Shown: positions 10,998 through 20,175 of the stretch, in pieces
Layout of the letters: every line of letters starts with the position of its first letter
Position numbering within the stretch: the stretch's first letter is position 1
From: Candidatus Poribacteria bacterium
Lineage (GTDB): Bacteria > Poribacteria > WGA-4E > PCPOR2b
Direction: 5' to 3'
DNA: 64,000 bases
Assembly: GCA_965198175.1 (NCBI GenBank)
Contig: OZ240245.1
Coordinates: 704,001 to 768,000, forward strand
The notes under the pieces: model-generated
Told to the model about the DNA's origin: nothing
The model's input: the letters and a program-made list of their open reading frames with translations, nothing else
Databases searched by the model: none
Position numbers and translations under genes: made by a program

Positions 10998-11948
10998 CTA
11001 TTTCTCCTTGCGAAAAATCAGAATAAACTGATGCAGTTGGTTGGACACATACGCATACGGATAACCAAAAGGATAGAGTTTCAGCGACTTATCATACCAG
11101 ATTTTGTAACCCCGAAACCGGAGATTCGGTATTTGCGCCAATGTATTGACTACATCGGCATGGACCAGGTTGTGATATTCAGCGGTCGGCTGGAGGTCTT
11201 TGCAGAAGACCACCACGTAACCCTTGACCTTTAAGAACTTCATGGATTGTGAGATAACGGATTTCAAGGCTATGTAAAATTGTTCGGGTGGCATGTTTCC
11301 GAGGTCGTGTTCTTCGTTTGTAAAAGGTGTGGGCGAATCATCGCCGGTTTTCTTCTTCCGCTCGCCGGTACGCTTTCTTGAGAGCATATTTCCATACGGC
11401 GGATCGGTCAGGACGAGATCAAACAGATAATCCTTGCCGCGAAAAATCTCCTCAAGATGCCTCGTATCGCCTTGGTAAACCGTCTGGGGCTCTAAATTCA
11501 ACGTTTCGGTCGCTTTCTGGTAAAGGTCGAGATACGCTTGGGACAAATCCACGCCCACGCCACGGCGTGCTGCCATCGAACAGCCTAATAACGTGCCGCC
11601 GACGCCCACAAACGGATCGAACACCCAGCCATCCCGCTTGGTGAAAAACTCGATGAGTCGCTTCATCAGTTGCGGCGGTTTTGGCGATGGATGCCGCTTG
11701 CGAATGTGATGCGCATAACCCGCCTCGCCAGAAGTCGGATAGAACGTGTCAATGATGGGTGCCTGATGCGCCGCCCACTGTTCCTCTGACAGGTCATTGA
11801 ATCGCTCACCGGTGAGAAGGTCGGGTTCTCCTTCGTTCAATTCGATTGAATTTAAAAAATAGACCCATTCTCTTCCGGTTAAATCGTTGAGCCTGTTGCG
11901 CGAATCCTGCACGCCTTTTGGCGTTTCCTTTTCACTCTGTTTGCACAT
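10998..11948 (-). CDS. Amino-group (N4C/N6A) site-specific DNA methyltransferase
   Basis: HPSPKP, motif I FDPFVGVGGT and motif IV LTDPPY; overlaps the upstream MTase stop. Confidence 0.88.
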   Translation of the reverse strand: MCKQSEKETPKGVQDSRNRLNDLTGREWVYFLNSIELNEGEPDLLTGERFNDLSEEQWAAHQAPIIDTFYPTSGEAGYAHHIRKRHPSPKPPQLMKRLIEFFTKRDGWVFDPFVGVGGTLLGCSMAARRGVGVDLSQAYLDLYQKATETLNLEPQTVYQGDTRHLEEIFRGKDYLFDLVLTDPPYGNMLSRKRTGERKKKTGDDSPTPFTNEEHDLGNMPPEQFYIALKSVISQSMKFLKVKGYVVVFCKDLQPTAEYHNLVHADVVNTLAQIPNLRFRGYKIWYDKSLKLYPFGYPYAYVSNQLHQFILIFRKEK

Positions 11949-12990
11949 AGAACAGATACTCTTGTACGTCCTTCTTATTTTTATGTGCGCCGTTAGAGTT
12001 GCTTTTGAAGCGGCGATAATCTATCGGAATCAGTTCAGGCATCTCCCCTTTTTGACTGAGAACCTCAAGTATCTCCGCATTGCTCATAATACCTTCGCTG
12101 TTATAACTCACGATGATGTGCTTTGCTCGCGCTCGCACTATTAACGCCGCAAACGCTGAAAGACACGCCCCCTTTGAGCAGTACGCCGATTTCTCCGCTT
12201 CGGAATATGAACGCATTCCAGTTTTGCCATAAACGGAGGGATTATCATAGCGGGCAACGGTTTCGAGGAGATGATAGTTCGTAATATATTGGCGGCTATT
12301 GTACGGAGGGTCAATGTAAAGAATATCGCAGTCAATCCGTTCGACGAGTCGGTTTGCATCTTCTTGATAGACGGCGTGGTCCTTGTCCGATGAAATCGCT
12401 GAAAACGGTTCAAGCGTTAGGTCCTTGTAGGTTCTCGCATCCCAGCCTTTCAGATACGCGCCATAAGTCCCTGAGATGTTGGTCACTTTGGAGACCGCCT
12501 CCAAAAGCGAAAGCAGGAGGGTATAATATTCGTCTTCGGTGATTAACCCATCCCGCCGCCACGCTTCAATCTGCTGTCTGACTGCGTCAACTTTCTGTCC
12601 GTTTCTGTCAGACAGGTATTGTCGGTTGTATCGGTTTTCCCCGCCCGGACAGTAGGTGTTAAAGATAAAGCCATCGGAGGTTCCATCAAGCTGGTTCAAA
12701 TAGTTCAATGTCTTCAAGTACGAATCCATCCCATCGAAGAGATTTGAGGGGAGGTTCCTCAACCGACTAAACTTCGGCTGTTCGCTGTTTTGAATCAGCG
12801 CACGCCCGAAGACATATGCGAGGTAAAGCAGATCGTTGGATATAATCTGAAATCCAAGTCTCTTGAAATGCGCTGCGACCGAATGGGTGCCTGCAAAAAG
12901 ATCGCAAAAGACACCCTCCTGAACGCAGTGGTTTAGCGTTACCTCCTCAATAGAAGATAGTAGATTGTTTTTGCAGCCGATATATCTCAT
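11932..12990 (-). CDS. D12-class N6-adenine DNA methyltransferase (M.FokI/M.NlaIII-like)
   Basis: Start reassigned to MRYIGCK (ATG at 12990); FCDLFAGT, ISND, NISGTYGAYLK, LYIDPPYNSRQY, SYNSEG. Confidence 0.92.
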   Translation of the reverse strand: MRYIGCKNNLLSSIEEVTLNHCVQEGVFCDLFAGTHSVAAHFKRLGFQIISNDLLYLAYVFGRALIQNSEQPKFSRLRNLPSNLFDGMDSYLKTLNYLNQLDGTSDGFIFNTYCPGGENRYNRQYLSDRNGQKVDAVRQQIEAWRRDGLITEDEYYTLLLSLLEAVSKVTNISGTYGAYLKGWDARTYKDLTLEPFSAISSDKDHAVYQEDANRLVERIDCDILYIDPPYNSRQYITNYHLLETVARYDNPSVYGKTGMRSYSEAEKSAYCSKGACLSAFAALIVRARAKHIIVSYNSEGIMSNAEILEVLSQKGEMPELIPIDYRRFKSNSNGAHKNKKDVQEYLFYVQTE

Positions 12991-13142
12991 GAGCGCACAC
13001 TTGCAAAAACAGGTGTTGATTTTATCGTAATTGAGTCCCAAGGCGGTTTGTCAGAGGGACAATACGCGGTTGGGCGATTGACTTTTTAATTGCGCATTTT
13101 CCGCCATTCATGTATCCTTTCCATTAATTTCCGCCTCGTTTT

Positions 13143-13487
13143 CTATTCTGGCTTGTCGCCTTTGCTGTGATCAAAATCATCTGGCGCTTCCTTCTTGTCT
13201 AATACCTTAACGAGGTGATAGGAATATCGCCCGACATCCTGTATATAGGGACCGCGGTCTTCTAACCTAACTTCGAGGGTATAAAAATATCCCGGTTCAA
13301 AATTAAAACCCTGAATAGATTCGTAGAAAAACTCCCAACGATCTGAGTCTGCATTGTATTCGAGAAAACAATCTTGCTCGATAAATCCCTGACACTGCAC
13401 CTCGTAGGGTCCCAACGTTAATGTCTCGATATGTTCCCCGCCGCACGCGCACAAAAATGCAAGGGCGAAAACCAACAACATTCTCAT
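13143..13487 (-). CDS. DUF4377-like lipoprotein, intact copy
   Basis: ATG at 13487 after GGAGG; lipobox LCAC; IQGFNFEPGYFYTLEV motif; 114 aa. Confidence 0.8.
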   Translation of the reverse strand: MRMLLVFALAFLCACGGEHIETLTLGPYEVQCQGFIEQDCFLEYNADSDRWEFFYESIQGFNFEPGYFYTLEVRLEDRGPYIQDVGRYSYHLVKVLDKKEAPDDFDHSKGDKPE

Positions 13488-13524
13488 ATTCGCACCTCCC
13501 AAATCCGCTTGTGATGGACGTTTT

Positions 13525-13869
13525 CTACTCCGGCTTGTCGCCTTTTTTGTGATCAAAATCGTCTGGTGCTTCCTTCTTGTCTATTATTTTAACGAGGTGA
13601 TAATCATATCGTCCGGAATCTTGATATTCGGTACCAACGTCTTCCACCCTGACTTCTAGGGTATAAAAGTATCCAGGTTCAAAATCAAAACCGCTAATTC
13701 CATCGTAGAAAAATTCCTAACGCCCCGAGTCCGCGTTGTATTCGAGATAACAATCCTGCTCGAAAGCCCCTACACACGGCACCTCGTAAGGTGCCAGCGT
13801 AAATATCTCGATATGTTCCTCGCCGCACGCACACAATAGCACTATTGCCATAGCCAACAGAATTTTCAT
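13525..13869 (-). pseudogene. DUF4377-like lipoprotein tandem paralog with an internal TAG
   Basis: Manual translation MKILLAMAIVLLCACGEEHIE...NADSGR*EFFYDG...KGDKPE. Same length as its neighbour; TAG (13717-13719) replaces the neighbour's TGG. Confidence 0.85.
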
Positions 13870-14043
13870 TTTCGCACCTCCTAATGCGATTCTGGTAGAT
13901 GTTTCATTCTGTACGTGCTAACGTAAAACGCGGCGTAACGCATTACAGGATACACCAAAAACCGAACGCCTGCAAGGCACTTCAACCAAATGTAACTCGA
14001 TTTCCGTCGGAGCCGCATTCCTACGCCGATTCATTGATTTTTC

Positions 14044-14071
14044 TTGACTTGAGTGTGTGGTATCGTATAAT
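14044..14071 (+). promoter_or_regulatory. Sigma70-type promoter
   Basis: TTGACT-16 bp-TATAAT upstream of the ORF at 14153. Confidence 0.6.
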
Positions 14072-14152
14072 TAAAGCGATTTTAATCCATCCTCTTGCCA
14101 ACTACAGAAATTTCCGCGTGGATAGCCAAAGCGTTGGAGGGAGATAAGTAAA

Positions 14153-14563
14153 ATGAAACACTCTGAATTGCGATTTCTGCCATTGTCTGTTCGATACCTT
14201 ACCACACCCGCTTGGAGTGCTGTGGGACAAGTCGAAAATCAGAAGGTTGCTGATGAAGCGAGGAGAATCCTATGGACTATAACAGAAACAAGCCTAACCT
14301 TCCAAAGCCGAGGGGTTGACTTGGATCGCCTTCCCCAGCTCCATGCTTTTGCTGTACAGGACGGTTCAGCACTCATCGAATGGATATTTGATGATTTTAG
14401 AGTCGGTTTTAGTATTGAGTCAATTCCGTCTGAGTCGAGCTGGTACTTAGTATCGAACGCAAAGTTAGGAGATATAAGCGTTGCAGGAGACATTTCTCAA
14501 AACGGATTTGAAACCCAAAATCTAATGTTGAAGCTCTTGACTTTTATTATTTTGCATGTCTAA
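14153..14563 (+). CDS. Hypothetical protein (136 aa)
   Basis: GGAGG RBS, its own promoter and terminator; no family recognised. Confidence 0.7.
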   Translation: MKHSELRFLPLSVRYLTTPAWSAVGQVENQKVADEARRILWTITETSLTFQSRGVDLDRLPQLHAFAVQDGSALIEWIFDDFRVGFSIESIPSESSWYLVSNAKLGDISVAGDISQNGFETQNLMLKLLTFIILHV

Positions 14564-14602
14564 AATTTATTATGTAGCAAGTTCCGACCTTTCTTGTCAA
14601 TT

Positions 14603-14636
14603 GGGGTTGTCGCTTTTGCGAGGCAACCCCTTTTTT
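14603..14636 (+). terminator. Intrinsic terminator
   Basis: GGGGTTG-TCGC-tttt-GCGA-gg-CAACCCC followed by T6. Confidence 0.75.
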
Positions 14637-14704
14637 AATTCTACGGAGTCTTGAAACGACCCGACCCCTTCTAACTCCTCTTACCAAGGGCAAGAACACT
14701 CATT

Positions 14705-14791
14705 CCCCTCCTTACGAAGGAGGGGTTAGGGGAGGTTCTTAAAACGCAACCACGCAAAGAAACCGAGTTTTTCCAAAAAAACTCGGTTTCT
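14705..14791. repeat. Two perfect palindromic REP-like hairpins
   Basis: CCCCTCCTT-acg-AAGGAGGGG (14705-14725) and AGAAACCGAGTTTTT-ccaa-AAAAACTCGGTTTCT (14758-14791). One arm of the second recurs at 10635-10648. Confidence 0.65.
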
Positions 14792-14828
14792 CTCGACTAC
14801 ACCATCACCTCACGCATGGAGGCTCCTC

Positions 14829-17800
14829 GTGCCGCACGACTCCAACCGTCAAGAAAACATCCTTAACATCCTCCAGAACTTTCACGGAATCGACTCCCTC
14901 AAAGAACTGTTCTGGACCGAGCTAAACTACGACCATCGCAACACCCCGCTCTCCTATCAAGGCGGAGACGCCCTCGCCAACGATCCAATCCTTCTTGCAA
15001 CCGGCGGAACGGGCGGCGCTTTCCATGTCATCTACGTCCATCTCAACTCCGACCGTCTGCTCCTGACGACTGAACGACCCATCATCTCTCGTCTTTTACA
15101 AGACCACCCCTACGCCCTGTTCATATTCAGCAACCGTGATCGAACCCAATGGCACTTCGTCAATGTCAAATACGATACGGATGACCCAAAGAAACGCCGC
15201 CTATTCCGCCGCATCACAATCAGCCCTTACGAGAAACTCCGCACTGCGTCCGAGCGGATTGCCATGCTCGATCTGGAATCCATCAGCCCCATTCTCGAAA
15301 CCATCCAGCCCCTCGAAATCCAGACCCGCCATGAGGAAGCCTTCGATGTCGAAGCCGTCACGAAGCGATTCTTTGAAGACTACAAATCCGTTTTCCACAT
15401 CCTCCAGGACGACTTGGCGGCTCAGATACAAGATCGTCGGTGGGCGCACGACTACGCCCTGCAGTTCCTCAACCGCTGCATGTTCCTCTACTTCATCCAG
15501 CGCAAACGTTGGCTCGGCGAAGATACCGGGTTTCTCCGGTCGTTTTGGGAGAGCTACCGTTCGGCGGACGAACCGGAGGATTCGTTTGTCGAACACTGGC
15601 TAAATGTCCTCTTCTTTGAGGCGTTCAATAACAGATTCCACGGCGGGCACCGTCAGTTTCCCGACGAGATCCGAAAAGCGTTGGCGTTAGCTCCCTACCT
15701 CAACGGCGGTCTGTTCACCGAGAACCACCTCGACGAGGCACACAATTTCCAGATTTCTGATGATTGCTTCACAGGAATTTTTGAATTTCTTGAAAACTAC
15801 AACTTCACCATTGCCGAGGATAGCCCGCTCGATCAGGAGGTTGCCGTCGATCCCGAGATGATCGGTAAAGTCTACGAAAGCCTCGTTAACGTCTCGCCGG
15901 AGACCGATGAACGCGGCGACGCCGGCATCTTCTACACCCCCAGAACCGAGATTGACCTGATGTGCCGCCTCGCGATCGTGGACAACCTTGCAGTTCATAT
16001 GGGAGAGGAACACAAATCTACGCTGTATGAAGCTGTTTTCGCCTTTGATCCGGACGAGAAAACCGCGGCTGATCTGCGGCTCAATAGCGAGAATCTTTGG
16101 GTTCCGCTTAACGAATGCCTGAGAGAAATCGCAATTGTCGATCCCGCCTGCGGTTCCGGCGCTTTCCTCGTCGGCATGCTGCAAATCCTCGACGACCTGC
16201 GCGATAGAACGAATCGTGCGCTTGACCGTGGCGAAAGGAGTTTCGACCGCAAAAAGGCTATCATCGGGGCTAACCTCTACGGCGTGGACGTGATGGAGTG
16301 GGCGTGCCACGTGGCGGAATTGCGGCTCTGGCTCGCGCTCATCATTGACGCCGATATTCCCCGCGCAGAACTCCAAGTCCGAAATGAGCCTCTCCTCCCA
16401 CACTTTTCCTTCAACATCCGATGTGGCGATAGCCTCATTCAAGAAATCGGCAGCATGAACCTCGCCCAAATCCGCGCTGATTTCAGCGGAATACCAAGAT
16501 CCTTAAAAGCCCGTACCACCCGTCTCAAAAATGAAAAACTCAAGTTCTTCAACAACGACAAAACCTGTCGTTACGAATCTGAACAGGAACTAAAACACGA
16601 AGAGCTGAACCTCTTCCGCGATCTTGTGGATACTCATGTCGCAGATATCAAAAAGGAAATTGACGCCTTACAGGACCTTATTGATGGTCCCAGAGCGCAA
16701 CAGATACGGCTTGATGGCACAATCGAAGAGAGAACCGCTCACCAATTTGAACTCGAGGCGACGGAGTGGCGAAAACAGATTGAGGCGTTGACCATAGACT
16801 ATGACCGTCTTGTTGAAGCTCGCGGCGCCCTCGCAAACGCACGAACATTGCCTTTTGTTTGGGACATCGCCTTTGTCGAAATCTTCGCCGATGACAAAGG
16901 TGGATTCGATATCGTCATCGGAAACCCGCCGTATGTCCGACAAGAGAATATTTTGGACCCGAAAATCCCGCGTGAAAAAATCACTGACGCAAACAAAAAG
17001 GATTACAATAAGGCGTACAAAGCGAAACTCGCCCGGTCCGTGTATCAAGCCTTCCCGCGCTTCTTCGGCTACAAACGCGAAAAGGATGTCAAACCGGATA
17101 ACCCGTCCCCCGCTGTCTTTCACAAACTTGACGCCAAAAGCGACCTCTACATCTACTTCTATTTCCACGGGCTTTCGCTTCTCAATCCCAAGGGGTCTTT
17201 CTGTTTCATTACCTCCAATTCGTGGCTCGATGTCGGATACGGAAAAGACCTGCAGGAGTTTACCCTCAAGCACTGTCACATCAAACAGATTATCGACAAC
17301 CAGTCGCGGCGCTCCTTCGCATCCGCCGATGTGAACACCGTTATCTGTCTCTTCGCCACACCCGACGAAAGTCGCCAGTTAGGGTTGGACTGTACAGCAA
17401 GATTCGTCTCATTCAATACCCCGTTTGAAGCCATCCTAGATCCCGTAATATTCTATGAGATCGAAACCGCCTCGGAACGGGGCAGGACACAGGAACACCG
17501 GATCGACCCAATTTCGCAAAGGTCGCTTTTGAAAGACGGTATTGTTGACGCTTCTCCCAAGCCGAAATATGCGGGAGATAAGTGGGGCGGCAAATATCTC
17601 CGTGCCCCGGACATCTACTGGACAATCCTGGAAAAAGGGAAAGGCAAGCTGGTCCGGTTGGGCGATGTCGCTGAGGTGCGGCGAGGCTTTACAACGGGGG
17701 CAAACGAGTTTTTCTACCTTGACGACGAAGATATTCGACATTGGGAGATTGAGGAGGAGTTCCTGAAACCCGTCATCAAAAGCCCGAGAGAGTGCAAAAG

Positions 17801-18440
17801 CATCCTCATCGATCCAAGCCAGTTAAAGTTCAAGCTGTTTATGTGTCATAAGGACGAAGCAGCCCTAAAAGGCACCGCCGCGTGGAAATATATTGAGTAC
17901 GGCGAATCCAAAGGCTTTGACCAGAGACCAAGTTGTCAGGGCAGAGCGCGGTGGTGGGAGATTAAAGAAACTAAATGGGCAACACATGTGTGGGTAAAAT
18001 CCATCAATGATCGCCACATGCAAGCTCGTATTCCATTCCACGCACTTGTAGACCAACGACTCTACGTGATGACCTACGCACAATCCGAAAATCTTAATGT
18101 TGTCTTAAACTGCACGCTCACCCTCCTATTTAAGGAATTACATGGTCGGGTTAACCTTGGCGAAGGGGCGTTAGATACGGCTGTTTACGAAGCGAACCAA
18201 ATGCTCATCATCAACCCAGAATCTATTTCGGTAAATGATGCTAAGGAGATTGAAAACACCCTTAGTCTCCGAGATATTCTTCCTATCTTTGATGAAGTCC
18301 GCCAACCGGACCGTCATGCCCTTGATTCAATCGTCTTCGATGCCCTCAACCTCACACAAGGGGAACGGGATGCCGTGTATGAAGCGGTTGTAAATCTCGT
18401 GGAGGCGCGCCTGCAAAAAGCAAAGAGTTTGCCGGCGTAG
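14829..18440 (+). CDS. Eco57I-like (type IIG-like) N6-adenine DNA methyltransferase with a C-terminal target recognition domain
   Basis: YLNGGLF, DPEMIGKVYE, GIFYTPR, motif I DPACGSGAF, motif IV GNPPY, ITSNSWL; 1203 aa. Confidence 0.92.
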   Translation: MPHDSNRQENILNILQNFHGIDSLKELFWTELNYDHRNTPLSYQGGDALANDPILLATGGTGGAFHVIYVHLNSDRLLLTTERPIISRLLQDHPYALFIFSNRDRTQWHFVNVKYDTDDPKKRRLFRRITISPYEKLRTASERIAMLDLESISPILETIQPLEIQTRHEEAFDVEAVTKRFFEDYKSVFHILQDDLAAQIQDRRWAHDYALQFLNRCMFLYFIQRKRWLGEDTGFLRSFWESYRSADEPEDSFVEHWLNVLFFEAFNNRFHGGHRQFPDEIRKALALAPYLNGGLFTENHLDEAHNFQISDDCFTGIFEFLENYNFTIAEDSPLDQEVAVDPEMIGKVYESLVNVSPETDERGDAGIFYTPRTEIDLMCRLAIVDNLAVHMGEEHKSTLYEAVFAFDPDEKTAADLRLNSENLWVPLNECLREIAIVDPACGSGAFLVGMLQILDDLRDRTNRALDRGERSFDRKKAIIGANLYGVDVMEWACHVAELRLWLALIIDADIPRAELQVRNEPLLPHFSFNIRCGDSLIQEIGSMNLAQIRADFSGIPRSLKARTTRLKNEKLKFFNNDKTCRYESEQELKHEELNLFRDLVDTHVADIKKEIDALQDLIDGPRAQQIRLDGTIEERTAHQFELEATEWRKQIEALTIDYDRLVEARGALANARTLPFVWDIAFVEIFADDKGGFDIVIGNPPYVRQENILDPKIPREKITDANKKDYNKAYKAKLARSVYQAFPRFFGYKREKDVKPDNPSPAVFHKLDAKSDLYIYFYFHGLSLLNPKGSFCFITSNSWLDVGYGKDLQEFTLKHCHIKQIIDNQSRRSFASADVNTVICLFATPDESRQLGLDCTARFVSFNTPFEAILDPVIFYEIETASERGRTQEHRIDPISQRSLLKDGIVDASPKPKYAGDKWGGKYLRAPDIYWTILEKGKGKLVRLGDVAEVRRGFTTGANEFFYLDDEDIRHWEIEEEFLKPVIKSPRECKSILIDPSQLKFKLFMCHKDEAALKGTAAWKYIEYGESKGFDQRPSCQGRARWWEIKETKWATHVWVKSINDRHMQARIPFHALVDQRLYVMTYAQSENLNVVLNCTLTLLFKELHGRVNLGEGALDTAVYEANQMLIINPESISVNDAKEIENTLSLRDILPIFDEVRQPDRHALDSIVFDALNLTQGERDAVYEAVVNLVEARLQKAKSLPA

Positions 18441-18499
18441 CTACAATCTCCAATGATCCATCTCTATCTTCCCTTGCCATAACTTCAAGCCCGTAGAAC

Positions 18500-18570
18500 C
18501 ACATATATGTAGTATATCATATATATTTACCCACAATATCTTGACATTATCGCGCATATGATGGTATAAT
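18500..18570 (+). promoter_or_regulatory. Consensus sigma70 promoter overlapped by a tandem pair of NrdR-box-like motifs
   Basis: TTGACA (18541)-18 bp-TATAAT (18565) with an extended TG; 16-mers cacatatatgtagtat (18500) and ccacaatatcttgaca (18531) start 31 bp apart. Confidence 0.6.
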
Positions 18571-18680
18571 GTTTTCTTTCTACCCAATCTTAAGTTTAGT
18601 TTGAGCGACGGCTTCGACAGCAAGAGCATAGCGCACAAAATTAGATTGAACAGCAAAATGCACTACAACATACTGGATAG

Positions 18681-19949
18681 GTGAGATTCTTGGCAGAAGG
18701 AATTTGTATTTACTGCAAAAAAGATAAAGGACTAAATAAAGAGCACGCTTTTCCCAATTCTCTATTGCAGAAGTGCGCACCATTGAGCAAATGTGCGCCC
18801 GAGTGGATAATTGAAAAGTTGTGTGAGGACTGTAATAACGCTACCCTAGGGAAACTTGATAAGGTTCTAGTAACTAGAAGCCCCATTGCATTCATATGGA
18901 GAGCGATTAAGACTGAATGGATGACAGACAAAATAGAAAAACAGAATAAATCTCAAGATTCATCCTTCTATAATGCAAAAGCGTACGGAATTGATCCTGT
19001 ACGCCTATTTTATCCAGATCCCTTATATGAAAACCGTATTGTTCTGCATGAAGAATTAGGCGCAAGTGCTCACAATTTTTGTCCAACATCTTTGGCACGC
19101 GCTCAGGCACCTCAGATGATTTTAACTCTATACACTGAAGGACAGACACCAGAGCAAGTAATAGCGGAACATTGCGAGAAATGGGATGCTGATACATTGC
19201 TCATTTCAAAATCTGACATACATGAAGGAATATACTGCATAGCTGGGAATACTTACATTTTCCCGCCAAAGGCGACCAGGTATTTCGTCAGCAACCTTGA
19301 TAGGGAACGGGAATTCATGTCCAAGTTCATGAAGACACGTGGCTACACTCAGTATTGCTTGAACATCCTATCTCCCGACAATCGAAAGGATTATGGCAAA
19401 ATTAGCGGGTTCTACAAGCGTCTTAGAGCAACCACTAAGTTACAGATTGAAGCAGAGAAGTTTGAACCGAAGGAGTCCACAGCGAATCTGATGATATTAG
19501 CTGATCAAGAAGCCAAGCCATACATCAATAGAGCAATAGCGAAAATAGCATTTCATTGCTTCTTATATTGGCATCCTGAATTCAGTGGTCATGAACCTAT
19601 ATTTGAGGAGATTAGAGCGTTCGTTTTGAAAAGCGGGAATCATCAGACCTCAAATGGCGAAGATTTCGTTACTGGATTAAATGTTCGTGATCGCTTTGTT
19701 TGGCCTTCACATGAACATTTTCACATTTTTCGTTTTTATGAAAATGGCGACAATATTATCTGCCAGATAGTTTTCTTTACGGGACTTTCGTTGAATCCCT
19801 CTCGCAGTGAGACACCTGAGCCACTTGCCAGTGAGATAATCTTAGCGGGGCATTCACAAAAGGCACGATTCGGTCGTGCTGAAGAGAGAGGAGTTCCTTT
19901 CTACGTACATGGGAAAAGCCAACTGAAGAGGAGGATAATTCCTGTATAG
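18681..19949 (+). CDS. HNH endonuclease (HNH_5-like) with a large uncharacterised C-terminal region
   Basis: CIYC...KEHAFP...LCEDCNN Zn/HNH signature; RAIAKIAF motif; AT-rich relative to the flanks. Confidence 0.8.
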   Translation: MRFLAEGICIYCKKDKGLNKEHAFPNSLLQKCAPLSKCAPEWIIEKLCEDCNNATLGKLDKVLVTRSPIAFIWRAIKTEWMTDKIEKQNKSQDSSFYNAKAYGIDPVRLFYPDPLYENRIVLHEELGASAHNFCPTSLARAQAPQMILTLYTEGQTPEQVIAEHCEKWDADTLLISKSDIHEGIYCIAGNTYIFPPKATRYFVSNLDREREFMSKFMKTRGYTQYCLNILSPDNRKDYGKISGFYKRLRATTKLQIEAEKFEPKESTANLMILADQEAKPYINRAIAKIAFHCFLYWHPEFSGHEPIFEEIRAFVLKSGNHQTSNGEDFVTGLNVRDRFVWPSHEHFHIFRFYENGDNIICQIVFFTGLSLNPSRSETPEPLASEIILAGHSQKARFGRAEERGVPFYVHGKSQLKRRIIPV

Positions 19950-20050
19950 AGCAGGAAAGCACCTGTTAGGTTTGGACCGACTGGAAAATACCGTGCGACA
20001 AGCAAACTGAAAACACGCAATGGTGGAATGGAAGTCGGCTCTTGATTCTA

Positions 20051-20079
20051 TTGAAAACTTAACATTCGTGTGGTATAAT
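20051..20079 (+). promoter_or_regulatory. Sigma70 promoter of the CBASS operon
   Basis: TTGAAA-17 bp-TATAAT with an extended -10 TG. Confidence 0.6.
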
Positions 20080-20175
20080 TAAACAACTTCGTTTCGTAAT
20101 TTTTACTCGTTTTTGTTACATTTGTCTGTATAGTATAATTCACATTTTAGCGGTCAGAATAAGGGAAGTCATTCT

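Noticed and set aside
13717..13719. Pyrrolysine or amber recoding
   Set aside because: TAG terminates other genes in the window, the site is Trp in the paralog, and no pyl genes are seen.
14829..14860. MTase and helicase both begin MPHD (shared tgccgcacgac)
   Set aside because: Only 11 nt of identity; cannot be distinguished from chance.
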